This document shows positions 9,477 through 18,929 of a DNA stretch of 64,000 bases, in pieces; the stretch's first letter is position 1, and every line of letters begins with the position of its first letter. This DNA comes from a virus. Where the stretch lies: the IMG/VR virus record IMGVR_UViG_3300025545_000003, positions 1-64,000 of that record; one strand, given 5' to 3'. Both the position numbers and the translations under genes were made by a program. Under the pieces are notes generated by a model, which worked only from the letters and a program-made list of their open reading frames with translations, did no database searches and was not told the origin of the DNA.

Positions 9477-10013
9477 ATGGAAGATCTCTACGAAAAAGCC
9501 AGAGACCTCGCCGCCAAGGCGCACAAGGATCAGACATACTCGGGCGAACCCTACACCGTTCACCTCGATGAGGTAGAGGCGGTGCTGGTCGAGCACGGGT
9601 TCGATGACGAAGTGCTGCGTGCCTTGGCACAGCTACACGACATCATAGAGGACACCCCGCTGGACGAGGCGCTCCTCGCCAAGAAGTTCCAGTGGGAGAT
9701 CGGGCACGTCGTTCAGTTGCTGTCCGACGTGGACGGGCCGAGTCGACGTATCCGCAAGCGGCTGACCTACGCCAAGATGGTCCGGCTCATCTGTGAGTGG
9801 GAGGTAGACCCCGACGCCCACAAGATGTGGCTCGTGGAGCTTGCCGTGCTGGTCAAGCTGGCAGACCGGATCGCCAACCTGCGCCGGTCGCACGGCACCG
9901 ATCTGATGAAGATGTACCGTAAAGAACGGGACACGTTCTGGCTGGCCTACTACTCGCCTGAGATGAAGAAAGCGAGGGCTCTGTGGATTACCTACGAGTC
10001 CCTGTTCAAGTGA
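9477..10013 (+). CDS. RelA/SpoT-type HD hydrolase (small alarmone hydrolase/Mesh1-like)
   Basis: AH..Q...GEPY..H, LHDIIEDT and VKLADR.AN motifs. Confidence 0.8.
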   Translation: MEDLYEKARDLAAKAHKDQTYSGEPYTVHLDEVEAVLVEHGFDDEVLRALAQLHDIIEDTPLDEALLAKKFQWEIGHVVQLLSDVDGPSRRIRKRLTYAKMVRLICEWEVDPDAHKMWLVELAVLVKLADRIANLRRSHGTDLMKMYRKERDTFWLAYYSPEMKKARALWITYESLFK

Positions 10014-10014
10014 G

Positions 10015-10443
10015 GTGCCTGTGGGAAAAAACGGCATAAAGATCGACAACCCCGCCACCGTACAGCGGGACGCCGAACGGAAGCGTCTAGCCAAAGCGGA
10101 CGGGGATGTCCTTGTGACAGCTTTCGAGAAGCTGGAGAACGTCACCGCTTTCCTTCGTGGAGGGAAGGTGGTGCTGTTTCGGGGCGGCGTCTACATCGGC
10201 AGCGTGTGCTGGCGGGCGAAGCTCGGGTGGGAGCCTGTCTTCGTCCAGCCGCTCCTGCTGTCCCATCACGACATCGACTTGGCTGTGGCCGAGTTGGATC
10301 TGACCCTCAAGGCGCAAGGGAACGCCCACGAATCGTGGAAGGAGTTCCTGCGGAAGCGCACACACAAGGCGTGGAACCACTACGTCGGGATCTTGGCGGC
10401 CTACTGCGCCCGGATCTTCACCCCCTCGGAGGATGACGAATGA
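10015..10443 (+). CDS. hypothetical protein
   Basis: operon chain. Confidence 0.55.
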   Translation: MPVGKNGIKIDNPATVQRDAERKRLAKADGDVLVTAFEKLENVTAFLRGGKVVLFRGGVYIGSVCWRAKLGWEPVFVQPLLLSHHDIDLAVAELDLTLKAQGNAHESWKEFLRKRTHKAWNHYVGILAAYCARIFTPSEDDE

Positions 10444-10697
10444 GCGATACCCTCACCCCCAAGCCTTTCGGCGACTACACCAAGGGCGAACAGGACTTCA
10501 TCACGGAGCGGGCCAAGCAGCTTCTGACGATGTGGGCGGACCATCAACTCGTGTACGGCTCCATGCCGTCCGACGACGATTCCGGCTGGTGGCCTCTGTA
10601 CCTCCAGCGGGCGCAGAGCAAGGGCTGGGTCTCCGCTGACGGAACCCGTGTGCTGGCGCAGGGCTTCAAGACCGCTGCGGCGTTCTTGCGGAGGTAG
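10440..10697 (+). CDS. hypothetical protein
   Basis: ATGA overlap with the upstream gene. Confidence 0.6.
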   Translation: MSDTLTPKPFGDYTKGEQDFITERAKQLLTMWADHQLVYGSMPSDDDSGWWPLYLQRAQSKGWVSADGTRVLAQGFKTAAAFLRR

Positions 10698-10699
10698 CG

Positions 10700-11464
10700 A
10701 TGGGGATGATCGACGGCCCGACCCCACCGGACTACAGCGACCCCACCGACGTCCTGTACCGTTTCGCCACGTACCTGCGAACGCTGTCACACGTATCGGA
10801 CGGTGTCGCTGATCAGGTGGACAGGATCGCCACGGGCATCGATGAAGTCCACGGCAAGGCCCTCGACGTGTCCCAGACCCTCCCCGGAGGGGCAGGGCTC
10901 ACGATGATGATGCACCCGTGGGGAGAGCACCGTTGGAAGTTCGACTACCGCTACGTCAAGTACGACACGGAGAACTTCAGGAAGGTGAGGGTGCTCTGCG
11001 ACTGGTCCTGCATCGTGGACTACAAGCAGGGCATCCTCCAGCCGGAGATCGACATCACGATGCACGTCATCGTGCCTGAGCGGGCGGGCAAAGAGGTGGT
11101 CTACGGGTTGGACATCTCCCCCGGCTACAAGACCTATTTTGAGTTCAAGTACCGGCGACTCGGCGACGTGTTCCGGCTGATGGAAGTCCGGCAGGCTGAG
11201 AAGAGGATCGACCTGACCGAGATGTGGGCCGCCGTGGACAAGGGGGACAAGACACCCGTCAAGCCCTTTGAGATCCCGTGGCCCATCGTCGTCCACGACA
11301 CCATCCAGCAGCAGTACGCTGAAACCGCAGAGGACGGCACCGTCCGGCGGTACGGGGACTTCGAACTGACGTTCCCCGTAAACACCGATGATCCATTCAT
11401 GGAGACGGAGCACACGGTTGCCCACGTCCACTTCCCGATGGATCTCCGGCGGAACCCGGCTTAG
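10700..11464 (+). CDS. hypothetical protein
   Basis: GGAGG RBS; high GC3. Confidence 0.65.
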   Translation: MGMIDGPTPPDYSDPTDVLYRFATYLRTLSHVSDGVADQVDRIATGIDEVHGKALDVSQTLPGGAGLTMMMHPWGEHRWKFDYRYVKYDTENFRKVRVLCDWSCIVDYKQGILQPEIDITMHVIVPERAGKEVVYGLDISPGYKTYFEFKYRRLGDVFRLMEVRQAEKRIDLTEMWAAVDKGDKTPVKPFEIPWPIVVHDTIQQQYAETAEDGTVRRYGDFELTFPVNTDDPFMETEHTVAHVHFPMDLRRNPA

Positions 11465-11485
11465 CCCTTTCCGCCGTCGGGTAGA
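11458..11485 (+). promoter_or_regulatory. putative phage promoter
   Basis: GGCTTAG-N13-CGGGTAGA. Confidence 0.7.
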
Positions 11486-11506
11486 GAGCTTGAACAGGAG
11501 GACTCC

Positions 11507-13921
11507 ATGGCCATACATTTCCATACGCCCAGCGCACAGACGCTGAACAACCCCAAGGACAACAACCACTGGCGAAACCAGGACGCCGATGAGTTCCTGA
11601 AGGAGAAGGATCTGCCCGTCCCCGGCAAGGACGTGCCCGTCCAGTGGGTGCAGGTCAAGCTGGCCTCCAACATCAAGGTGGCCTTCTACGTGTGGGGCGA
11701 CCACATCTTCTACTGCGGCATGGATCAGACAGAGGAAGCCTACCGCTATGCGAACCACCAGTTCCGCTGGTGGTTCCGCAACGCCACGACCGACGAGGAG
11801 CTTTCGGACATCCCGATCAAGGTCGAGCCTGTGGGCGACGCCTACCAGTCCGACCCCATCGTCTGCTTCGACCCCAACGAGCGCCGGGGCGGCTACCGGG
11901 AAGTGCGGGACGAAGCCATCCCCTACGCCTTCCTCCGCATCAAGGTTTCGCTCGACGACGCCGTGCTCGGTGAGTTCGTGTCCCACTTCCACCAGCCCCA
12001 GACGGGCAAGGTGGAGATCGTGCCCGGTACGAACGACGTCGAGTTCACGTCCGAGTTCTTCGGGCTTCAGCGGAAGTGGCGGCGGACGCTCCAGTACACG
12101 TCGCACTCCACCCCGATCAAGATGAACCACTGGGAGCGCACTCAGCGGTTCAACACGTCGAGCACGAACCCGATCCGCACGATCCTGCTGGCCCTGTCCG
12201 GTGAGCAGTGTGACGCCGACGCCCTCTGGGATCGCTTCTTCGCCATCAACGGCATCGGCGGCCTGTTCAAGAAGGTGGACGACGCAGGCATCGCCTCCAT
12301 CCTCAAGAGGAAGGCGTACAAGGCCAACATCGAGCGCCTCCAGACGGAGGCCCCGCTGGAGTGGGACTTCTTCCGCTGGCTGATGAACGGCAAGACCAAG
12401 GAGAAGCAGCGGAACAACACCCTGCTCTCGGCCTTCGTACAGGCGGTCGGCGAGGACTACGACGCCCTCCTGTCCGGTATCCAAGCGGCCCGCCGTGGGA
12501 TGCGGTTCGGGAAGACCGACTCGGAGTTGTTCTCGGACTACCGGGAGCACAACGACATGCCGAACCTCTGGTTCCAAGCGAAGCGGGATGTGTGCCTGTC
12601 CCTGCCCGGTGCCTCCGACAAGGTGCAGGAGCAGGAGGCCAAGGCGGACTTCCGCAAGCGCAAGGGCTTCGGCAGTCAGGCCGACGGTCTCGGCGTCACG
12701 AAGGACAACTTCCCGAAGCTCCGCAAGGCCATCGAGGCCGGGGACATCCCCATCTCGGTGTTCAACCAGCCGGGTAAGGACGGCCAGCCGGTCAACCGGG
12801 AGTTCGGTCTGTGGGAGAAGGCCCTCAAGCGCAAGGGGTGGGCCGAGGTGATCTGTGAGATCGCCCGCACGGCCACTGAGCGCAAGAACTACGAACGGGA
12901 CATCACGCCGTTCCTGAACTTCCTGTTCCGCATCGAGGTGTACCTCAAGCGGCACACGAAGAAGAAGTGGACGGCGATGCCCCGCTTCGTGAAGAGCCAG
13001 TTCGAACTGGAGATGGACGACGAGAGCGACACGGGCACCGTCAAGAAGCGCTCGGCGTTCACCCCGGTGGCGGACAACGAGACCAACACGATCACCGTGC
13101 CCTACGTGGCGATGTCCGTGAGCGGCGTCCGCACCCAATGGTGCTACGCCCGCCACTACTACATCTTCGAGGAAGGCTTCACCGACCCCGAGTCCGAGGG
13201 CATCGTCGTGGACGAGTTGGAGAAGGGGCTCAACGGGCGGGACGACTACGGGCTCTGCTACTACACCCTGACGGGCACCGTCACGGCACGGGGCTACCCG
13301 ACCTTCCTGATCATCTTCGAGCGGCTGGAAGAGCGGCTGGTGCGTGGGCCGAAAGACCCGGACTGCCCCGCCTGCTTCCCCGAGAAGCACGGGGTCACGG
13401 ACAACCGTGGGGACATCGCCAAGAAGGGCTGCGCCTACCACTTCCCGAAGACCGAAGGCGGCACCCGTGTCCACTTCCACCGGGTTCGCCCGCAGCGCAG
13501 CAAGAACGGCGTCCAGACGCCCGCCTGCACCTTGATCCAAGCGTGCTACCAGTACATGGCCGGGAACATCCCCGCCTCGGACATCACGGCACAGCAGGGC
13601 GACCTGATCTTCATCCGGCACCCGAACGACCCCATCGCCGCCAAGGCCAAGGTCGAGGATCCCCGTGAGGGCAACGGGATGGAGTTCGAATCCCATCGCT
13701 TCGTGCCCCTCGTGGAGAACGGGGCACTGATGCGGCTGTTCGTGTCCAAGGCGAAGACGCCGAAGAACCGCCTCGGGTTCCTGCACGCCCCCAACGGGCT
13801 GGCCGTCAAGCACCCGGAGCATGACGACATCGACCGCCTCGAAGAGGGCTGGTGGGAGATCCGCCGCTGCAAGTCCTGGGAAGCCAACCCGCAGGCCATC
13901 TGGAGCCTGACCATCGACTAG
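11507..13921 (+). CDS. large hypothetical protein with C-terminal QGD...H...HPEH domain
   Basis: 804 aa; AGGAGG RBS; strong codon bias. Confidence 0.75.
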   Translation: MAIHFHTPSAQTLNNPKDNNHWRNQDADEFLKEKDLPVPGKDVPVQWVQVKLASNIKVAFYVWGDHIFYCGMDQTEEAYRYANHQFRWWFRNATTDEELSDIPIKVEPVGDAYQSDPIVCFDPNERRGGYREVRDEAIPYAFLRIKVSLDDAVLGEFVSHFHQPQTGKVEIVPGTNDVEFTSEFFGLQRKWRRTLQYTSHSTPIKMNHWERTQRFNTSSTNPIRTILLALSGEQCDADALWDRFFAINGIGGLFKKVDDAGIASILKRKAYKANIERLQTEAPLEWDFFRWLMNGKTKEKQRNNTLLSAFVQAVGEDYDALLSGIQAARRGMRFGKTDSELFSDYREHNDMPNLWFQAKRDVCLSLPGASDKVQEQEAKADFRKRKGFGSQADGLGVTKDNFPKLRKAIEAGDIPISVFNQPGKDGQPVNREFGLWEKALKRKGWAEVICEIARTATERKNYERDITPFLNFLFRIEVYLKRHTKKKWTAMPRFVKSQFELEMDDESDTGTVKKRSAFTPVADNETNTITVPYVAMSVSGVRTQWCYARHYYIFEEGFTDPESEGIVVDELEKGLNGRDDYGLCYYTLTGTVTARGYPTFLIIFERLEERLVRGPKDPDCPACFPEKHGVTDNRGDIAKKGCAYHFPKTEGGTRVHFHRVRPQRSKNGVQTPACTLIQACYQYMAGNIPASDITAQQGDLIFIRHPNDPIAAKAKVEDPREGNGMEFESHRFVPLVENGALMRLFVSKAKTPKNRLGFLHAPNGLAVKHPEHDDIDRLEEGWWEIRRCKSWEANPQAIWSLTID

Positions 13922-13932
13922 AGGGATCCTCT

Positions 13933-14280
13933 GTGACGGACGAGAAGATCAAAGAGGCCGCCGCCGAGTTGCTTGAGGCCATTCACTATGAGCGGGGCGG
14001 CTCCGAGATCAGCGGACTCCGTAACCCGGACCCCTTGGTCGAGATCTCGGCCTACAAGCCCTTCTACGCTGCCTGCGCCACGTTGCTCTCCCCTTACGAC
14101 CGCAGCTTCCGGGCCAAGGTTCTGGGGGAGGGGTTCGTGAGCTTGGAGGACGCCAAGGCGATCTGCTCCGCAGCGCACCCCTTCTACAAGAAAGCCATCG
14201 AGCGAGAGCCAGATCACTTCAAGGCGACCTACGGATTCATCCGTGGGGCATGGGACGACGACTGGATTGACGAGGACTGA
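13933..14280 (+). CDS. hypothetical protein
   Basis: GTG start after GAGGG. Confidence 0.55.
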   Translation: MTDEKIKEAAAELLEAIHYERGGSEISGLRNPDPLVEISAYKPFYAACATLLSPYDRSFRAKVLGEGFVSLEDAKAICSAAHPFYKKAIEREPDHFKATYGFIRGAWDDDWIDED

Positions 14281-14975
14281 TGTTCGACTGCACCACTGAG
14301 GACTACGACCGCCTCTATGCCCGCTGGCTGGCCCACCCTGGGGCCTTGCTTACGCACGGCGGCTACGTGGCCGGGGAGAAGCTCCTAGACCTCTGTGGCG
14401 GCTCTGGGGCGGTCTCACGGGAAGCCCTGCGGTGGAACCGGGACAAGGCCGATGCTAGCCAAACCCCAGACGTGACCCTCTTTGATCTCAACCCGAGGGC
14501 AGGGTGGGCCGAGGGGCCTTTCCGCCGAGGGCAGTTCCGTACCGTCCAAGGCAACGCCGAGGAAGTGGACACCCACTTCGCCCACGGCATCTTCGACCTC
14601 ATCGTCTGCCGACAGGCGGTCGCCTATTTTGACTACCGCAAGGCGTTCCCTGCCGTGGCCAAGCTGCTCCGTCCCGGTGGCCGGTTCGCCTTCAACTACT
14701 TCGTCCATCCGCTTGAGGGTGAGGTGAAGCGGTACTCGACGCACCTGTACCAGATGGAGGGTGTGAGGTTCGCCGAGGCCCACCTCTACCTCTGGGGCAA
14801 GGTCTACCACCTACAGGCGAGGCTGAACCGGGGGCCGGGGGTGGACTTCTCAGTGTTCCAGTACCACGACCCCGAAGACATGGCCGCCGTGTTGGCGGAC
14901 GCCGGGTTCGACCTCGCTATTCTCCGGGAGGGCCGCTCCTTGCGGTTCCTCTGCATCAAGAAGGAGACACCATGA
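14280..14975 (+). CDS. class I SAM-dependent methyltransferase
   Basis: LLDLCGGSG, FDLI and LRPGG motifs. Confidence 0.8.
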   Translation: MFDCTTEDYDRLYARWLAHPGALLTHGGYVAGEKLLDLCGGSGAVSREALRWNRDKADASQTPDVTLFDLNPRAGWAEGPFRRGQFRTVQGNAEEVDTHFAHGIFDLIVCRQAVAYFDYRKAFPAVAKLLRPGGRFAFNYFVHPLEGEVKRYSTHLYQMEGVRFAEAHLYLWGKVYHLQARLNRGPGVDFSVFQYHDPEDMAAVLADAGFDLAILREGRSLRFLCIKKETP

Positions 14976-15205
14976 CCGACCACGACGTAGAAATCCGCAA
15001 CCGTGAGCAGTGCCCCACCTGTGAGGGCCCTGCCGTAACAAGGTGCCGGTGCTTCATCGGCGACCGTACCTGTGCCAAGGGCCACAAGTGGTATGTGTGT
15101 CCTGTCCACGGAACCCGTATTCTGGGAGACGGGCACAGCAAGGCGGGCGCTACGGGCAAACCGTTCGAGTGCCTGTGCGTGAACCCGAAAGTGAGCATGT
15201 TATGA
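14972..15205 (+). CDS. small Cys-rich zinc-binding protein
   Basis: multiple Cys/His residues; AGGAG RBS. Confidence 0.55.
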   Translation: MTDHDVEIRNREQCPTCEGPAVTRCRCFIGDRTCAKGHKWYVCPVHGTRILGDGHSKAGATGKPFECLCVNPKVSML

Positions 15206-16425
15206 AGGTACTCGTCACCGCTGGGGCGGTCTACGGACGCCTCGACGACAACAAGCTCGTGGGCAACCGGGTGCGTGGAATCTGGGCCTGCAAGTTCGCA
15301 GGGCTCCTGTCCTCCAAGGGCATCGACGTCACCCTCCTCGTGCCGGACACGATGGGCAAGCTCCGCCAGATCGATGAGATGGTGGGCCACTGGCCCAGCC
15401 GGGGCTCGTGCATCAAGGGTGAGGACGCGGGGGAGTACGGTGGCCGGAACAAGGCCATCAAGGTCGTGTTCCAAGACGGCTACGACAGCTACCGGGATCA
15501 GTGTTGGGCGCTCGCCCCGGAGATGGACGCCGCCATCATGGCCGCCGCCGTCGTTAATTGGATCCCTGCGGAGCCCGTGACGGGCAAGATGAACACCAAG
15601 GGCTACGAGGCCGGTGACATCATCCAGATCCCGTTCGTGCTGGCCGAACGGGTCATCGACAAGATGCGGAAGCTCAACCCCAAGCTCACTCTCATCGGGT
15701 GCAAGATGCTCTCGGGGTCCGGGCAGGAAGAGTTGGTCGACACAGCCTACGAGGCTGTGCTGATCAGGAGCCGCTGCAACGTGGTCCTCGCCAACGACAT
15801 GCGGGCGGGCCTCCGCACGAAGTACCTCGTCTACCCTGACCGCAGCGTCCAGACCTACGACGACGACTTCGGTGGGCTGTTCGAGTCCCTGTACAACGTG
15901 ATCCTCGATGAGCATTACTGGACACGCAACGTCGAGGTGACCTCCGAGGGCCCCTCGTGGGCGGCACTGGACTCGGCCCGTGCGATCTTCGGGCGCATCG
16001 TGGAGAAGTACCGGGACCAGTTCAAGAGCCCGACCAATGCCTACACACGGGTGTTCGGTTCCTTGGCTGTCCCCATCGACGGTGCAGGCTGGCTTTGCTC
16101 CCCAAGGGAGAAGGACGGAGCCTTCACGGAGAACGACGCCGTCATCGTGCTGGACATCGACACGGACAAGCGCCGGGTCGATGTCGTGGGTGAGAAGAAG
16201 CGGGCCACATTGAACGCCCCGCTCCTGATCCGCACAGGGCGAAGCCACACGAAGGACGGACGGCGCATGCCTGTCCTGCACCTCCACCGTCCCCTCGCCG
16301 ACGTCCCCACCGTTCCTTACGGGCCGCCCGGAACCGTCCGTGACAACAACCGGGAGATCCCCGGCCCGGTGTTCAACGTCAAGGGCCACGGTTTCGTCAA
16401 AGTCCTCAACGACGAGGACTCCTGA
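15202..16425 (+). CDS. CoaB (phosphopantothenate-cysteine ligase)-like domain fused to a class II aldolase-like domain
   Basis: KVLVTAG, MAAAV, LIGCK and VVLAND in the N-terminal part; LHLH, PY.PPG and GHG in the C-terminal part. Confidence 0.65.
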   Translation: MKVLVTAGAVYGRLDDNKLVGNRVRGIWACKFAGLLSSKGIDVTLLVPDTMGKLRQIDEMVGHWPSRGSCIKGEDAGEYGGRNKAIKVVFQDGYDSYRDQCWALAPEMDAAIMAAAVVNWIPAEPVTGKMNTKGYEAGDIIQIPFVLAERVIDKMRKLNPKLTLIGCKMLSGSGQEELVDTAYEAVLIRSRCNVVLANDMRAGLRTKYLVYPDRSVQTYDDDFGGLFESLYNVILDEHYWTRNVEVTSEGPSWAALDSARAIFGRIVEKYRDQFKSPTNAYTRVFGSLAVPIDGAGWLCSPREKDGAFTENDAVIVLDIDTDKRRVDVVGEKKRATLNAPLLIRTGRSHTKDGRRMPVLHLHRPLADVPTVPYGPPGTVRDNNREIPGPVFNVKGHGFVKVLNDEDS

Positions 16426-16640
16426 TGATCGACCCGCAACCTCCCTTCTACGTCATCACCCTCGGACGGCGGTACGTCCGCTACCCCAACATCGCCATCG
16501 TCTGCAACAACCTCCCGCAAGCTGAGAAGTATGACACGGTGGACGAGGCCCGTGCCGCCCGTAACACCCTGATCCAACGCCTGCCCGAGAAGAACAAGAA
16601 GCCCATCCGTATTCTGAGGATCGCCGTCAAAGCCGTGTGA
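16425..16640 (+). CDS. hypothetical protein
   Basis: GAGGA RBS; TGATG overlap. Confidence 0.55.
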   Translation: MIDPQPPFYVITLGRRYVRYPNIAIVCNNLPQAEKYDTVDEARAARNTLIQRLPEKNKKPIRILRIAVKAV

Positions 16641-16668
16641 GGCTTAGCCCTCCACCTCCCTGTGTTGA
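16641..16668 (+). promoter_or_regulatory. putative phage promoter
   Basis: GGCTTAG-N13-TGTGTTGA upstream of pncB. Confidence 0.7.
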
Positions 16669-16684
16669 AGACGTGAGAAAGGGG

Positions 16685-16733
16685 TTGACTTAGTATCAGC
16701 CCGCTACTATGGTTCGTAGCAGGTTGCTACTAA
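16685..16733 (+). promoter_or_regulatory. sigma70-like promoter (TTGACT-N17-TATGGT) overlapped by two 21-bp palindromic operators
   Basis: TTAGTATCAGCCCGCTACTAT at 16690-16710 and TTCGTAGCAGGTTGCTACTAA at 16713-16733. Confidence 0.65.
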
Positions 16734-16753
16734 CCGCAACACGGGAGGGCCGG

Positions 16754-18280
16754 ATGGCCGAACGATACGAAGAGCGATTGGCCGAACTGATGATGGGCGG
16801 GTCGAGCAACCCCCTCATGACGGACGGCTACAAGTTCTCAATGGCCCAAGCGGGCTTCCCGATGCGTAGGGAGACCTTCTACAGCGGTTGCCGTAAGGGT
16901 GGCCCGCTGTATATCCCGTTCGATCTTGAGCGGGTCGTGCGTGCGTTCCTTCCCAAGCGCCTGCCGGACGGCAAGGAGCGGGGATTCCTCGACGCCCACG
17001 GTTACGGGATGACCCCTGCCATGGAGACGGCCCTTCTCGGGCACGTCGACATCCAGTGCGCCCCGGTGGGATCGTGGGTACTCCCCAAGGAGCCCCTGTT
17101 CACCGTGGACGGCCCCAGCTTCCTCGCCAGTTGGCTGGAGCCTCTCAGCATCATGCTCAACTTCCCCCTCCAGATCGCCACGGCGATAAAGACGGGGGAC
17201 ACCGAAGCCTTCCAGACCTACATCCCCTCCTGCTCGGACGAGGAGCGGATCGCCAACCTGATCGGCGAGTTGATGACCCCGGCCAACTCGGGCTGGACGT
17301 TCCTCACGGAGAACCCCGACCTCTACCAGTCCCTCGTGCGTGAGCGGGGCTTGGCGGTCATCGAGGCCCTCGGCGGGGACGCCCACAGGGCCTTCGAAGT
17401 TGGCATGCGTGCGGCAACCTGCATGCAGCAGCACCGTCTGGCGCTGGAAGCCCTGAAGGGCATCGGGATCTTCAACACGTCCAACGTGTACCTCGCTTGG
17501 CAACTCTACATGATCCCCGTGGGCACCACGGGTCACGAACACCAGATGCGGTGGAGCGCCGTGGACAATGGCGACGAGGCCGGGTTCAAGGCCATCCGGG
17601 ACATGCGCCGGGAGCCCCCGTCCTACCTGTTCGACACCATCGACCCCATGAAGGTCGGGATTCCCACGGCCCTCAAGGTCATGGCGGAAGACCCCTTCCG
17701 TCCCTGTTCGATGCGCTTCGACTCCGGGGATCAGGACGAGCAGCTTACCACCCTCATCATAGGGTGTACGTCGCAGAACGCCGACGGGCGTGACTACTTC
17801 TACCTGACGCCCAACACGATCTTCGAGGACGGCTACACCGCTGAGAAGACCACCGCCAACGAAGCCTACTGCGAGGATCTCGGGTGGCCCCGTAAGCGCC
17901 GCCTGTACGGCTACGGCGGCTACTGGGTCGGCATGTCCGAGATGAATCCCTTTGGCCGCAACAACGTGAGCGCCATCTTCAAGCTGGCGATGACGGGTGG
18001 CGTGGCAGTCAGGAAGCGTTCGGGCACACCGGGCAAGGACAGCCTCCCCGGCCAGCCCGTGATCTGGCGCAGGTGCATCGGCAACGAGAAGGGCACCTTC
18101 AGCCTGATCGGTCAGGCGGGTGAGCCTGTCCCGACCGGCTACTCACCCCTCGGGACGGTCGGCACCTACCTCTACACGAACACAACCGACGCCACCTCTG
18201 AGTTCTCAGAGGGCACCAAGGCTCTGATGCGGGACTGCGCCGCACAGTGGGCGCAGGCGACCGTAGAAGCGGAGGGCTGA
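16754..18280 (+). CDS. pncB: nicotinate phosphoribosyltransferase
   Basis: TDGYK, FEVGMR, GTTGHE, LFDT and RFDSGD motifs (NAPRT-type rather than NAMPT). Confidence 0.8.
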   Translation: MAERYEERLAELMMGGSSNPLMTDGYKFSMAQAGFPMRRETFYSGCRKGGPLYIPFDLERVVRAFLPKRLPDGKERGFLDAHGYGMTPAMETALLGHVDIQCAPVGSWVLPKEPLFTVDGPSFLASWLEPLSIMLNFPLQIATAIKTGDTEAFQTYIPSCSDEERIANLIGELMTPANSGWTFLTENPDLYQSLVRERGLAVIEALGGDAHRAFEVGMRAATCMQQHRLALEALKGIGIFNTSNVYLAWQLYMIPVGTTGHEHQMRWSAVDNGDEAGFKAIRDMRREPPSYLFDTIDPMKVGIPTALKVMAEDPFRPCSMRFDSGDQDEQLTTLIIGCTSQNADGRDYFYLTPNTIFEDGYTAEKTTANEAYCEDLGWPRKRRLYGYGGYWVGMSEMNPFGRNNVSAIFKLAMTGGVAVRKRSGTPGKDSLPGQPVIWRRCIGNEKGTFSLIGQAGEPVPTGYSPLGTVGTYLYTNTTDATSEFSEGTKALMRDCAAQWAQATVEAEG

Positions 18281-18281
18281 A

Positions 18282-18614
18282 ATGAAAGTGTTGGAAGCAG
18301 GCCGAAAGCAAAAGGGCTGGTCCCATGAGTTCCGTTGCACCGGAGACGGGAACGACGGCGGCGGGTGCGGGGCACTCTTACTTGTGGAGCAGGGAGACCT
18401 GTTCACCACGGCCAGCCACGCCCGTGACGAAACCACGACCTACAAGACCTTCCGCTGCTCCGAGTGCGGCGTGAACACCGACATCGAGAACGACGAGTCC
18501 GGCAAGCGCCTCGTGCCTCGCACCATCTCGGTGCCCGCAGGCGTCAAGCACAAGGACGGCGGGTACACGCACCCGGACGACCCCACGCTCCCCGACACAG
18601 GAGACCCCCGGTGA
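18282..18614 (+). CDS. zinc-ribbon protein, paralog 1
   Basis: C.G.GN.GGGC.ALLL and FRCSECG motifs. Confidence 0.65.
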   Translation: MKVLEAGRKQKGWSHEFRCTGDGNDGGGCGALLLVEQGDLFTTASHARDETTTYKTFRCSECGVNTDIENDESGKRLVPRTISVPAGVKHKDGGYTHPDDPTLPDTGDPR

Positions 18615-18928
18615 AGGTGCTGGAAGCAGGACGCAGGAACAAGGCATGGATCGCCGAGATGCGGTGCTCCGGCAACTGGAACGGGGGAAGAGGGTGTGAT
18701 GCGCTCCTTCTCATTGAGCCGGGTGACCTGTTCATCTCGAAGCACCACACACGTCCGAAGGATGTGTGCGCCACGTTCCGCTGTTCCGCATGTGGAGCGA
18801 ACACCGACATCGCCGTTTCCAGCGCCCTCAAAGGGACACTGCCCTTGGGCGTTGACCACAAGGACGGCGGCTGGACGCACCCCACAGACAACGAAGGACG
18901 GGCCGTCAAGCTCGTTGACGGGAGGTAA
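18611..18928 (+). CDS. zinc-ribbon protein, paralog 2
   Basis: GTG start; clearly similar to the preceding ORF. Confidence 0.65.
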   Translation: MKVLEAGRRNKAWIAEMRCSGNWNGGRGCDALLLIEPGDLFISKHHTRPKDVCATFRCSACGANTDIAVSSALKGTLPLGVDHKDGGWTHPTDNEGRAVKLVDGR

Positions 18929-18929
18929 C

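Noticed and set aside
10787-13822. 1011-aa - strand ORF
   Set aside because: Antisense shadow of 11507-13921.
16754-18280. NAMPT (NadV) assignment
   Set aside because: The motifs are NAPRT-like, and the presence of pncA and nadE fits the deamidated route.
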